Shown: positions 8,216-17,675 of the stretch, in pieces
Position numbering within the stretch: position 1 is the stretch's first letter
How the letters are laid out: the number at the start of each line of letters is the position of its first letter
NCBI GenBank assembly: GCA_001767605.1
Contig: MELM01000045.1
Location: forward strand, 28,825-61,787
Length of the DNA stretch: 32,963 nt
Direction of reading: 5' to 3'
Source of the DNA: Candidatus Solincola sediminis
Lineage (GTDB): Bacteria > Actinomycetota > Geothermincolia > Geothermincolales > RBG-13-55-18
The notes under the pieces: model-generated
Told to the model about the DNA's origin: nothing
What the model saw: only the letters and a program-made list of their open reading frames with translations
Database searches by the model: none
Made by a program: the position numbers and the translations under genes

Positions 8216-9567
8216 CTCCCGTTTCCGGAACGGCCCCTTGCGTATCGCTCGATCTTCTGCAGCCTGCCTGGAGCCGCAAGAGCGATAATCCGGTCGTCCT
8301 TTTGGAACCGTTCATCCCTCGAGGGAAAGACGAGCTTCCCGTCTCTTTCTAAATAACCCACTCTCATCCTGAGATTTTCCTCACCCCAGGCTACTTTTTT
8401 TCCAACCAGTTTCTCCGGACAAATGAAATCTACGAGGCTCCGCGTGTTGTTGCAGCAGGCCGCCAGGACTCTTGCTTTTGGCCTGAGGATCTTTTCCAAC
8501 ATTCCTCGCGTTACAAGCGCCGTGCCGCAGACATAGTCCATGCCCAAGGCCTCGAATGTTTCCGTTTTATCGGGATTATAGAGCCTGGCAATGACCTTTG
8601 GCACGCGGAAGATATGCTTCACCACCTCCGCTGTCATCAAGTTGGTGTTGTCGTAGTTGGTTACGGAGGCGAACATATCCGCTTCGTTTATTCCCGCTCG
8701 GTTCAGGGTTTCCTCATCGAAGGAATAACCGGCTATTGCCTCCCCGCTGAATGTCTTCGAGAGTCTGTGGAAGGAGGACTCGTCTTTATCTATGACAGTC
8801 ACGCCATATCCATCCTGCGATAGCATATCCGCCAGTTGGGCGCCGACCCTGCCGCAACCCGCGATTACAACCTTGGCTCCTTCGCTGACCTGGCTCGATA
8901 GCTGCTTATCTCCGGTATCCTTTACACCCCAGAAGAAAGATAGAATTCGTGTCGTTCCTTCCTTGACGGCCATCACCAATCTATCGCCGGGATTAAGCCG
9001 AGTATCATCATCCCATTCGATGTTCTTATTCCCACTGAAGAGGCTGAGCACTTTATGTTTGTTAATATCATGGACACTGGAAATCGCTCTGTCCCGCGAT
9101 GCGTTATCAACGGTGAGTTCAACGATTTCCACTCCCAATTCCGGATCTTCGTTTAGAACTATGAGATTTCCTTGCAGGAGCTTATCCATGATTCGTTCAG
9201 CGAGGAGGGTAGTTCCGCAAACATAGTCGATTCCCATTTTATGGAAGGTCTGTTTCTTATCCGGATTGTAGAGGCGGGCGATGACGGTAGGGACTTTAAA
9301 AATATTCGAAGCTATCTCGGCGGTCATCATGTTCGTGTTGTCGTAATTGGTTACGGCCGCCAGCGCATCCGCGGTTTCGATGCCCGCTTCCTTCAATAAT
9401 TCCTCATCAAATGCAACTCCCTGCATGGTGATGCCGTTGAAAGTTCCTCCAAGGCGATTGAACGAGTTGGGGTTTCTGTCAATAACGACTACATTATGTC
9501 CTTCGTACGCCAGAAACTGGGCAAGATGGGCGCCGACCCTTCCACAGCCCGTTATGATGATATGCAC
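8212..9567 (-). CDS. trkA: Tandem double-RCK TrkA-family protein
   Basis: Two GCGRVG Rossmann domains, each with VTNYDNTN...VIARLYNPDK...DYVCGT. Confidence 0.9.
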   Translation of the reverse strand: MHIIITGCGRVGAHLAQFLAYEGHNVVVIDRNPNSFNRLGGTFNGITMQGVAFDEELLKEAGIETADALAAVTNYDNTNMMTAEIASNIFKVPTVIARLYNPDKKQTFHKMGIDYVCGTTLLAERIMDKLLQGNLIVLNEDPELGVEIVELTVDNASRDRAISSVHDINKHKVLSLFSGNKNIEWDDDTRLNPGDRLVMAVKEGTTRILSFFWGVKDTGDKQLSSQVSEGAKVVIAGCGRVGAQLADMLSQDGYGVTVIDKDESSFHRLSKTFSGEAIAGYSFDEETLNRAGINEADMFASVTNYDNTNLMTAEVVKHIFRVPKVIARLYNPDKTETFEALGMDYVCGTALVTRGMLEKILRPKARVLAACCNNTRSLVDFICPEKLVGKKVAWGEENLRMRVGYLERDGKLVFPSRDERFQKDDRIIALAAPGRLQKIERYARGRSGNGR

Positions 9568-9585
9568 TCCTAGATTTCTCCTTAT

Positions 9586-9620
9586 GGTTCCAGAAGGGGG
9601 TCAGGTCCCTTTGTAGAACC
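9586..9620. repeat. Degenerate relative of the palindromic repeat (GGTTCCAGAAGGGGG-TCAGG-TCCCTTTGTAGAACC)
   Basis: Imperfect hairpin with the same TCAGG loop, intergenic within the operon. Confidence 0.6.
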
Positions 9621-9621
9621 C

Positions 9622-10284
9622 TTATTCCATCAGGGCGGAGAGCGGTGATTCGCTTCCCTTCTCCCTGATGATGATCAAGTTGTCATCGGCCCTGAGCTCA
9701 ATGTCGCCGGACGGGACGACGACCTCGTGTTCACGAAAAATAAGTACAAGGAGCAGTCCCGGCGGAAACTGCAGCTCCTTTATCTTGCGACCCACTACCT
9801 TCGAGCCTTCCGCAATCGCCAGCTCCACCATCTCCACGTTCTCTTCCTCGAAATCGAGCAGGCTGAGCAAGTGATGGTGGGGAAGGTGGTGCTCCACCAA
9901 CGAGTGGATCGTGGAGACATTACTGACCGTCGGCTTGATTCCCAGCATATCGAAGGTCGATTGATTTCTAGGGTCGTTCACCCTGGCTATAACATTGTGC
10001 ACCGCGTATTTGTCCCTGGCGAGCTGGCTTATGATGATATTATCCTCATCGTCCCCGGTCACAGCGATGACGTAATCAGACCTTGTGATTCCGGCTTTCT
10101 CCAGCACCCGGGTCTCGGTTCCGTCACCGAAGATGGCCGCGTAGCCGAATTCCCGGTCCAGGTCCTCGTACTTGTGGCGCTCGCTCTCGACCAGGGCCAC
10201 CTCGTAGCCATCTCCAATCATGGAACGGGCAAGATTGGTGCCGATCTTACCGCCACCGACTATGAGAACGAAGAGCCGCATCAA
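9622..10284 (-). CDS. trkA: TrkA-family RCK protein (GGGKIG type)
   Basis: GxGxxG, AVTGDDEDN, ARVNDPRN, TrkA_C domain. Confidence 0.9.
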   Translation of the reverse strand: MMRLFVLIVGGGKIGTNLARSMIGDGYEVALVESERHKYEDLDREFGYAAIFGDGTETRVLEKAGITRSDYVIAVTGDDEDNIIISQLARDKYAVHNVIARVNDPRNQSTFDMLGIKPTVSNVSTIHSLVEHHLPHHHLLSLLDFEEENVEMVELAIAEGSKVVGRKIKELQFPPGLLLVLIFREHEVVVPSGDIELRADDNLIIIREKGSESPLSALME

Positions 10285-10700
10285 GATACCTCCAAGTCGC
10301 CTTCGCAGATCGCCTCATGCATGGCCTCTACCGTCAGCTTTACCGGGCATATAACGTCGAAGCCCCGCCCGGCATAGAAATCCGCCCGGTTGGGATCGAA
10401 AACCCGCACCACGACGCAGGGTACCTTGAATTGTTCACGGGCTATCTGCGCGACTACCAGATTGGTGTTGTCACCATCGGTTGCGACCAGGCAGATATCG
10501 CAATCTTCTATACCCGCCCGCTTCAGGATCTCGATATCCAGGCCGACTCCTTTGAGGAACCTTCCCTTGAAACCAAGCCCGAGGTTCTCCGAGGTCTCCT
10601 CCAGCTCGTCTATAACGTTCACGGTGTGCCCTTCCGCGGCATATCGCAGGGCGAGGCCCGAACCGACTCTGCCGCAACCTATGATCAGTATGTTCATCAC
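10281..10700 (-). CDS. TrkA_N-only RCK protein
   Basis: GCGRVG, ATDGDNTN, RVFDP; 139 aa with no TrkA_C domain. Confidence 0.85.
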   Translation of the reverse strand: MMNILIIGCGRVGSGLALRYAAEGHTVNVIDELEETSENLGLGFKGRFLKGVGLDIEILKRAGIEDCDICLVATDGDNTNLVVAQIAREQFKVPCVVVRVFDPNRADFYAGRGFDVICPVKLTVEAMHEAICEGDLEVS

Positions 10701-10707
10701 ACGCTCC

Positions 10708-11232
10708 TTAAGACCCTTGTTTACCCGATAATATTGCTACCGTACAATCGGCGTTTTCCTTGACATATCTCGCGATCTTTTGGGTTGCGGCCTCCATCGC
10801 ACCGCTCGCACCAAGATCCATGATTAAGAGATCGAACCCTTGTTCCGCCTGTGTATCCAGGATGACTTTACTGGCCATGCGTGCTTTCTCCAACCTCGGG
10901 ATCAGTCTCTTTCCGAATCTCCTCCCGACGTAGGAAGCCAGTTCAAGCTCACGCAAGGCGACCGCCACTTCATCCTCGGCCGTCACTTCGAGTGGGCGAT
11001 CCACCCCTATCTCGATGACATACAGGGTCTCCACCATCCCCTTGCGGCCGGCCATCCTCACCGCCATGTTCACCGCCCGGTGACTGAAGTTGCTCTGCAC
11101 CACGGCCAATAGCACTTTAGCGTAAGCTCCTTCGGCCTCGTGCCGTGCTTCATGTCTATTATTAATAAAGAACAACACAAGCAGGCACAGCACACCGACT
11201 CCCAATCCTGAACCAAGGCCGGCCCAGAACAC
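10708..11232 (-). CDS. Universal stress protein (USP)-fold protein with N-terminal TM anchor
   Basis: Hydrophobic N-terminus, then KVLLAV...SHRAV...LYVIEI...FDLLIM...ENADCTVAIL. Confidence 0.75.
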   Translation of the reverse strand: MFWAGLGSGLGVGVLCLLVLFFINNRHEARHEAEGAYAKVLLAVVQSNFSHRAVNMAVRMAGRKGMVETLYVIEIGVDRPLEVTAEDEVAVALRELELASYVGRRFGKRLIPRLEKARMASKVILDTQAEQGFDLLIMDLGASGAMEAATQKIARYVKENADCTVAILSGKQGS

Positions 11233-11234
11233 TA

Positions 11235-12347
11235 TTACTCACCGCCCTCTTCACGCGGGTCCTCGCCTATTACATGCACATCAACCTCTTTCAGCTCCGA
11301 CATGATCCTGTAGAGTAGGGTATTGCGGCCACGGCTCAAGGGGTTTAGTGTTCGAGGCCTCCCCATAAAGATCTGGCTCACTTTCTTCTCCCTGGCGACA
11401 GCAATTATGCCGGATGCCGCATCGGGTGAGGACAGTTCTACAAAATCGGCCCCAAGAAGCTGAGACAGGTCGTGGAGTGATTTTATCCGCTCGCGCTCCT
11501 CTTCTGAATATTCTCCGTCGCCCTCACGCCTCCATGTCAAGGGCCTCTTTATATATGCAACTACGAGATCAGCATTGAGGCGCTTAGTCATCCTCCAGGC
11601 TCGGCGGATAAGGCGCTGGGCGTTGGTCTCCGGCCGCACGCATACCATGATCCTCTCGGCTGTCACCGGTGCCGCTAACTGTTCCTCCGAGCTTGCTATC
11701 TCCTCGACTTCGTCCGCGACTTCGCGCAGGGCCAGCTCCCTCAAGGCGGTGAGATTGGCCTTTTGAAAAAAGTTGCCAAGTGCCGCTTCCACCTTGCCCG
11801 GTGCGTATATTTTGCCGCCCTTCAGTCTCTCGATCAGTGCTTCCGGACTTATGTCTATCAGCCTCACTTCTTCAGCCCTTTCCAGTAAATAGTCCGGAAA
11901 GGTCTCACGTATCTTCACTCCGGTGAGTTCAAATACGAGGTCATTCAAGCTCTCGAGATGCTGGATATTTACGGTAGTCCAGACGCCTATTCCATGATCG
12001 AGAATGGTTTCGATATCCTGGTAGCGCTTGCGGTGGACCGACCCCGGTACGTTGGTATGGGCCATCTCATCTACCAGCGCTAACTGCGAATGGACGGCGA
12101 GCACGGCGTCCAGGTCCATCTCCTCGAAACTCGCGCCCCGATATTCCATATTTTTCCGCGGTATCACCGGGATATCGTCGATCATCCGTTCGGTATCGGC
12201 CCGGCCGTGACTCTCGATATATCCCACCCTGACATCCACACCGCTCTTCAATTGCTGTTGGGCTTCGGAAAGCATGGTATAGGTCTTACCGACTCCGGCG
12301 GCGGAGCCCAGGAATATGGTGAGCTTCCCCTTGGCATTATTTTCCAA
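11235..12347 (-). CDS. kdpD: Truncated KdpD: KdpD N-terminal P-loop domain plus USP, no TM, GAF or histidine kinase
   Basis: GKLTIFLGSAAGVGKTYTML, LVDEMAHTN, TTVNIQHLESLND, LRELALR. Ends after the USP domain at 370 aa. Confidence 0.9.
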   Translation of the reverse strand: MENNAKGKLTIFLGSAAGVGKTYTMLSEAQQQLKSGVDVRVGYIESHGRADTERMIDDIPVIPRKNMEYRGASFEEMDLDAVLAVHSQLALVDEMAHTNVPGSVHRKRYQDIETILDHGIGVWTTVNIQHLESLNDLVFELTGVKIRETFPDYLLERAEEVRLIDISPEALIERLKGGKIYAPGKVEAALGNFFQKANLTALRELALREVADEVEEIASSEEQLAAPVTAERIMVCVRPETNAQRLIRRAWRMTKRLNADLVVAYIKRPLTWRREGDGEYSEEERERIKSLHDLSQLLGADFVELSSPDAASGIIAVAREKKVSQIFMGRPRTLNPLSRGRNTLLYRIMSELKEVDVHVIGEDPREEGGE

Positions 12348-12350
12348 AAG

Positions 12351-12935
12351 CTACGTCCCCATGATTCTAAATGCTTCCAGGACGGTGTCAGCCGCTTGCT
12401 CAATGCTTATGGACGTCGTATTGATCACCAGATCATGCAGCAGCGGATCGTTCCAGTCCGCCTCGAAGAGATAATTGTGATAGGCGGTGCGCGCATAATC
12501 GGAATTTATGACCATGCGCCGCGCTTCATGCCCGCCGGCTTTCCCCTTCAGCTTGTATTGCTCCGCGATTCGTGGGATGCGCACCTCAAGTTCGGCCACG
12601 AGATGTACGCGGAATATCCTGGAATCGCCCTGCATTATGATATGCGCCCCCCTGCCAAGGATTACCACCCGGCCCTCACCAACAACTTCCCTTATCACAT
12701 GGCTCATTGAATCGATATACTTCTCCGACCTTTCCCTGAAGGTTATCCGGTCCTGCAGGCTCAAGCGCTGCTCGAAAACCCGTTCGATCTTTCTCTCGTC
12801 GGTGCCGCTCTTCCTGGCCGCCTCCGTGATTAATTCCTTACCCACCAGCCGCCATTCCAGCCGCTCTGCGACTATTTCCGCAATTCTGCGTCCCCCACTC
12901 CCCATCTGGCGCGAGATGGTTATCGCCGTCTTCAC
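12351..12935 (-). CDS. Cytidylate kinase-like family P-loop protein
   Basis: ITISRQMGSGG, VILGRGA, HDLVINT. Probable GTG start at 12935 overlapping the kdpC stop, with a GGAGG RBS. Confidence 0.8.
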   Translation of the reverse strand: MKTAITISRQMGSGGRRIAEIVAERLEWRLVGKELITEAARKSGTDERKIERVFEQRLSLQDRITFRERSEKYIDSMSHVIREVVGEGRVVILGRGAHIIMQGDSRIFRVHLVAELEVRIPRIAEQYKLKGKAGGHEARRMVINSDYARTAYHNYLFEADWNDPLLHDLVINTTSISIEQAADTVLEAFRIMGT

Positions 12936-13507
12936 TGTCGGACCTCCCCTAGCATCTTCCAAATCTCTACATTCAATTCAAGCACATTGACCCTCGGTTC
13001 GCCGAAAACCCATAAGAAACGGCCTCTTTCGTACTTTGCGATTAAAGCCCTCAAGGCATCCTCCAAAATGCCGGTGCTCTCTGCGATCCTCGACACCTGC
13101 AGGTAAGCCGACCGTAATCCTATCTCGGGGTCGAGCCCGGAAGCCGATGCGGTTACCATTTCCGCCGGAACGTCTTCCGGCTTTATTCCAGGATTTTCCA
13201 GAAGGATCTGGTTGAGTCTCTCTTCAGCCCGGAAGACGAGCTCAGGATTGGAGGGTCCCAGGTTCGAGGCTCCACTCGCCATGGCATCGTACCCGCCCGC
13301 CGAGAGGCGGCCGTGAAAGTACTCAGGCGACGAGAACTCCTGCCCTATATTCCTCGCCCCAACGACCCGGCCATCCACCTCGATCATATCTCCGTCCGCC
13401 TTGGAGGGAGTCAGGCGGGCTATGCCTGAAAAAGCGAACGGATAAACGAGGCCGAGGAGCAGCACGGCCAGCATTATTATCTTCACTATTCGCTTGGCGT
13501 CGTCCAT
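12932..13507 (-). CDS. kdpC: K+-transporting ATPase subunit C
   Basis: IGQEF...YFHGRLSA, SGASNLGPSN, VTASASGLDPEI, GEPRVNVLELN. Confidence 0.95.
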   Translation of the reverse strand: MDDAKRIVKIIMLAVLLLGLVYPFAFSGIARLTPSKADGDMIEVDGRVVGARNIGQEFSSPEYFHGRLSAGGYDAMASGASNLGPSNPELVFRAEERLNQILLENPGIKPEDVPAEMVTASASGLDPEIGLRSAYLQVSRIAESTGILEDALRALIAKYERGRFLWVFGEPRVNVLELNVEIWKMLGEVRQ

Positions 13508-13519
13508 CTCGGTCTCCTA

Positions 13520-15571
13520 TCAGAAGTGAAACAACCGCAGCAGCATATCTATCAGCTTTATCCCTATAAACGGGGCGATGAGGCCTCCGATTCCATATAT
13601 TAGAATATTTCGCCGCAGGATGGCCGATGCGCCCAGCGGCCTGTACTTGACCCCTTTCAAAGCCAGAGGCACCAGGGCAATGATTATGAGGGCATTGAAG
13701 ATGACGGCCGAGAGAATAGCGCTGTGATGGCTGTAGAGGCGCATGATGTTAAGCGATGCCAGACCCGGAATGTAGGCCATAAAGAGGGCCGGAATAATCG
13801 CGAAGTACTTCGACACGTCGTTGGCAATGCTGAAGGTGGTAAGGCTGCCCCTGGTTATCAGGAGTTGCTTCCCTATCTCCACCACTTCGATCAGCTTGGC
13901 CGGGTCGGAATCGAGGTCCACCATGTTACCGGCCTCCTTGGCCGCCTGCGTACCGCTGTTCATGGCCAGGCCGACATCGGCGATGGCGAGAGCAGGAGCG
14001 TCGTTGGTGCCGTCACCGGTCATAGCCACCAACTTGCCCTGCCCCTGTTCGTTGCGGATTAAGCCCATCTTATCCTCGGGTTTCGCCTCCGCTACGAAAT
14101 CATCCACCCCTGCCTCACCGGCTATGGTCTTCGCCGTAAAAGGATTGTCACCGGTAATCATCATGGTCTTGATACCCATGGCCCGCAAACGCTCGAAGCG
14201 CTCGCTGATACCCGGTTTTACGACGTCCTTCAACTCGACGAGGCCGATTATATCCCCGTCGCGGGCAACGGCCAGCGGCGTCGACCCCTGACTGGCTATG
14301 AACTGGACGGATTCCTCGTAATGAGAGGGAAGAACATGGCCGGCCGCGACTGCGTATTTGGCGATGGCGTCCGCCGCACCTTTGCGATAACTGTTATCCG
14401 CACAATCCAACCCGCTCATACGCGTCTCGGCAGTGAATTCGACTACGACGCAGTTCTCGGGCTTCGTGACCTCGATGCCGAGTTTTTTACCCAGGGTGAG
14501 TATCGATTGACCTTCGGGCGTGCCGTCACCAAACGAGGAAAGCATGGCCACCTCTCCTACTTCGTCCTCGTTGTGCCCTTCGAAGGGGCTGAACTCGTTG
14601 GCGAAACGGTTCCCGAAGGTTATGGTTCCCGTTTTGTCGAGAAGGAGGGTGTTGATATCACCTGCCGCCTCAACCGCGCGGCCCGACATCGCGAGCACGT
14701 TGTATTGAGTAAGGCGGTTGATGCCCGCGATACCTATCGCGGAGAGCAGGCCGCCGATAGTGGTGGGGATAAGGCACACCAGCAGGGCTACCAGCGAGGT
14801 GACGTCGGGACGGGCCTCGAGGTAGCCGCCCAAGGGGCTCAAGATGAAAACCACTACCAGGAATATTATGGTAAAAGCCACCAGCAGGATCGAGAGGGCG
14901 ATTTCGTTGGGGGTCTTCTGGCGCTGGGCGCCCTCGACAAGGCTTATCATCTTGTCCAGGAAGCTCTCTCCAGGATTGGCAGAGATTTTGATCTTAATCT
15001 GGTCGGAAAGCACCATTGTCCCGCCGGTAACCGAACTAAAATCGCCACCCGCCGCCCTTATCACCGGGGCCGACTCCCCGGTAATGGCCGATTCGTCCAC
15101 GCTGGCTATGCCTTCGATCACCTCGCCGTCCCCGGGAATCACATCGCCCGCTTCGGCTACTACAACCTGGCCTTTCCTCAACTCGCCCGCCGAGACCATC
15201 TTTATTTCACCGTTGTCTTGAAGCAGCTTGGCGGTCGTTTCCACCCGGGTTCGCCGCAGCGTCTCGGCCTGGGCCCTGCCCCGACCCTCGGCCACCGCTT
15301 CGGCGAAGTTGGCGAAAAGGACCGTGAACCACAACCAGAGGGATATGAGGGCGGCGAAAGCGACGCTTCCTTGCCCTCCCTCAACTCCGTTGATCGCGTA
15401 CCTGATAAAAAAATAGGTGGTTATGACAGCGCCGATTTCCACGACGAACATCACCGGATTACGGATAAGATTCATGGGATTGAGTTTCTTGAAGGAGTTG
15501 ATGACGGCCTCCTTTATAAGGGCCGCATCCATCAGCTTGCCCGCTTCGGCTTTGCCCTCGTTCCCTGCCAT
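13520..15571 (-). CDS. kdpB: K+-transporting ATPase subunit B
   Basis: [41 protein letters not shown]. Confidence 0.97.
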   Translation of the reverse strand: MAGNEGKAEAGKLMDAALIKEAVINSFKKLNPMNLIRNPVMFVVEIGAVITTYFFIRYAINGVEGGQGSVAFAALISLWLWFTVLFANFAEAVAEGRGRAQAETLRRTRVETTAKLLQDNGEIKMVSAGELRKGQVVVAEAGDVIPGDGEVIEGIASVDESAITGESAPVIRAAGGDFSSVTGGTMVLSDQIKIKISANPGESFLDKMISLVEGAQRQKTPNEIALSILLVAFTIIFLVVVFILSPLGGYLEARPDVTSLVALLVCLIPTTIGGLLSAIGIAGINRLTQYNVLAMSGRAVEAAGDINTLLLDKTGTITFGNRFANEFSPFEGHNEDEVGEVAMLSSFGDGTPEGQSILTLGKKLGIEVTKPENCVVVEFTAETRMSGLDCADNSYRKGAADAIAKYAVAAGHVLPSHYEESVQFIASQGSTPLAVARDGDIIGLVELKDVVKPGISERFERLRAMGIKTMMITGDNPFTAKTIAGEAGVDDFVAEAKPEDKMGLIRNEQGQGKLVAMTGDGTNDAPALAIADVGLAMNSGTQAAKEAGNMVDLDSDPAKLIEVVEIGKQLLITRGSLTTFSIANDVSKYFAIIPALFMAYIPGLASLNIMRLYSHHSAILSAVIFNALIIIALVPLALKGVKYRPLGASAILRRNILIYGIGGLIAPFIGIKLIDMLLRLFHF

Positions 15572-15592
15572 ATTGGTCTTCTTTTCCTTTGG

Positions 15593-17287
15593 TTATCCGA
15601 ATAACGCGAAATGCTCGGCCAGGGGCCCCAGGGCCAGGACCGGGAAGAATGTGAGAGCCCCGATTATTATTATGATTCCGATAAGTAAGCCCGCGAACAG
15701 CGGCGTATCGGTGCGGAAGGTCCCCTCCGATTCCGGTAAGATCTGTTTTTCGGCCAGCGAGCCCGCCACGGCCAGTATAGGGATGAAGATGGCGTAACGG
15801 CCTATCAGCATGGCCACTCCGGTAGTGACATTGAAATAGGCGGAAGAGACGGCCAATCCTCCGAAGGCACTGCCGTTATTGGCGGTTGCGGAGGTGAAAG
15901 CATAGGCCATTTCCGTTATGCCATGTGGCCCACTGTTTAGTATTGCGTTTCGGGCGGATGGTATGGCCAGGGATAGCGTTGTAAAGCCAAGGATGCACAA
16001 GGGATGGATGAGGAGGGCGATAACGCCCAATCTCACCTCGCGCGACTCTATCTTCTTGCCCGTGAACTCGGGAGTCCGCCCGACCATCAGGCCGGCCAGA
16101 AAAACCGTAAAGATTATATATATCAGAATATTTATGAGGCCGGCGCCGGAGGAGCCGAGAACGGTGTTGAGCATCATGCAGCCGATGAGGATCATGCCAC
16201 CTAATGGAGTATAACTGTCGTGCGAGCTGTTCACGCTTCCCGTGGCCGCGGATGTCGTGCTTGCGCCGAACAAAGCGGAATCATCTACACCGTAGCGTGT
16301 CTCCTTCCCCTCCATATTGCCCGCTGTCACATCGACGCCCGTCTCCTCCAGGATCGGGCTCGCCCTCGACTCGAACCACATCGTCAAGCCGGCGAAGATT
16401 ATGAATAAAAGAACTATGGCCGCGAAAATAACCCAGCCCTGCCGGCGATTCTGCAGGTAGAGGCCGAGGACATATATCATGGAGGCCGGGACAAGCAGCA
16501 TCAATAATATGAGGATGATATTGCTAACCGGGCTGGGGTTCTCGTAGGGATGGGCGGAGTTGGCATTAAAGAAGCCGCCGCCGTTATTCCCGATGTGTTT
16601 GATCGCCTCCAATGTCGCTACAGGCCCCCTCGCTATCTCCTGCTGCTCACCCTCGAGTGTTAGGACCCGGGCCGGGCCCTTCAGGGTTTGAGGAACCCCG
16701 AGTGGAATGAGGACTAGGGTAAAAAGCAGCGCCAGGGGAAGGAGTATACGCAGGATAGCCCGGATGAAATCGGCGTAGAAATTACCCAGGAAGGGATTTG
16801 CCCGCCTCGAGAGCCCTCGCATGAATGCTATTGCCATGACAATGCCGGAAGCGACCGAAGTGAACATACAAGTGGTTATGACTATCATCTGGGAAAGATT
16901 GGAAGCCTGCGTTTCCCCGGCATAGGCCTGCCAGTTGGTATTGGTCCCGAAGCTCACCGCCGAGTTGAAGGCCAGATCGGGGCGCATGCCCGGCGCTTGT
17001 GCCGGGTTAAGTGGCAAATGCCCCTGCAGCCTGAATATCAGGTAGGCGAAGAAAATGATGGCGAAGTCGAGGGCGATCATACGCAGAATGTAGCCGGTCC
17101 ACTTGTATTCCTTATCTTTGTCGATCGACAGGAAGCGGAAGATAAACCGCTCCACCGGTCCGAGTATGGGATCGAGGAAGGTGTGCTCACCCTCGAAAAC
17201 ATGAAAAATGTAAGTCCCGAGCGGTTTGATCATGAGGCCGATGATGACGGCCACGATTGCGATTTCGGCCCAGCCTCTGTAAGTCAT
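15593..17287 (-). CDS. kdpA: K+-transporting ATPase subunit A
   Basis: TNTNWQ, NGGGFFNANSAHPYENP, GLMVGRTPE, NNGSAF, ALGPLAE. Confidence 0.97.
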   Translation of the reverse strand: MTYRGWAEIAIVAVIIGLMIKPLGTYIFHVFEGEHTFLDPILGPVERFIFRFLSIDKDKEYKWTGYILRMIALDFAIIFFAYLIFRLQGHLPLNPAQAPGMRPDLAFNSAVSFGTNTNWQAYAGETQASNLSQMIVITTCMFTSVASGIVMAIAFMRGLSRRANPFLGNFYADFIRAILRILLPLALLFTLVLIPLGVPQTLKGPARVLTLEGEQQEIARGPVATLEAIKHIGNNGGGFFNANSAHPYENPSPVSNIILILLMLLVPASMIYVLGLYLQNRRQGWVIFAAIVLLFIIFAGLTMWFESRASPILEETGVDVTAGNMEGKETRYGVDDSALFGASTTSAATGSVNSSHDSYTPLGGMILIGCMMLNTVLGSSGAGLINILIYIIFTVFLAGLMVGRTPEFTGKKIESREVRLGVIALLIHPLCILGFTTLSLAIPSARNAILNSGPHGITEMAYAFTSATANNGSAFGGLAVSSAYFNVTTGVAMLIGRYAIFIPILAVAGSLAEKQILPESEGTFRTDTPLFAGLLIGIIIIIGALTFFPVLALGPLAEHFALFG

Positions 17288-17296
17288 TTCGCCGTC

Positions 17297-17380
17297 CTAA
17301 AATTTCTCCGGCCGGATGAGTGCATAGAAGAGATATACGAGAATCGCCAATGCTATCAACGCGACCACCAATTCTTCCAT
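17297..17380 (-). CDS. kdpF: K+-transporting ATPase subunit F (27 aa)
   Basis: Manual translation MEELVVALIALAILVYLFYALIRPEKF carries the YLxYALxxPExF signature and lies directly upstream of kdpA. Confidence 0.92.
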   Translation of the reverse strand: MEELVVALIALAILVYLFYALIRPEKF

Positions 17381-17388
17381 CCCCACAC

Positions 17389-17472
17389 CTACAGTTTTTC
17401 ACACGCTTTAAGCAGGAGAAAAAATGAAGCAAGAGCGGCCAGCAACACCACGGCGAACAACAGATCGAGCAT
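17389..17472 (-). CDS. 27-aa hydrophobic peptide upstream of kdpF
   Basis: Manual translation MLDLLFAVVLLAALASFFLLLKACEKL; GGGAG RBS; first gene of the operon. Confidence 0.75.
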   Translation of the reverse strand: MLDLLFAVVLLAALASFFLLLKACEKL

Positions 17473-17539
17473 CAGGATACTCCCGCTTCTCTCTTACAAC
17501 CTCATAAATAATGCATGCCGACCAGGCCCTTAAACGCTT

Positions 17540-17568
17540 ATTATATCTCCGCGAGCAGTGCATGTTAA
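17540..17568 (-). promoter_or_regulatory. Near-consensus primary-sigma promoter of the kdp-trk operon
   Basis: TTAACA (17568-17563), 17 bp, TATAAT (17545-17540). Confidence 0.7.
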
Positions 17569-17602
17569 ATACTGATTTGATGGCAGGAATGAGAACCGCT
17601 TA

Positions 17603-17631
17603 TTGTATCGACCCGCCTCGAGTCTTAATAT
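17603..17631 (+). promoter_or_regulatory. Candidate promoter of the P-type ATPase
   Basis: TTGTAT, 17 bp, TAATAT. Confidence 0.45.
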
Positions 17632-17675
17632 GCAATAAATGGATAAGGAGCAAAGAAACAGTAAGAGGCCGATTT

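Noticed and set aside
11235-12347. kdpD pseudogene or frameshift
   Set aside because: Ends cleanly at a domain boundary, and no kinase remnants were seen in downstream frames.
14321-15604. 427-aa plus-strand ORF (also 28560-29846, 2911-3819, 20946-21863 and similar)
   Set aside because: Antisense shadows of well-supported genes in GC-rich DNA, with no motifs.
17473-17675. c-di-AMP riboswitch or KdpE box upstream of kdp
   Set aside because: No recognisable conserved elements by eye, and the leader is too short for the riboswitch.
17511-17675. 55-aa N-terminal extension of the P-type ATPase
   Set aside because: Overlaps both promoters; an RBS supports ATG 17676.
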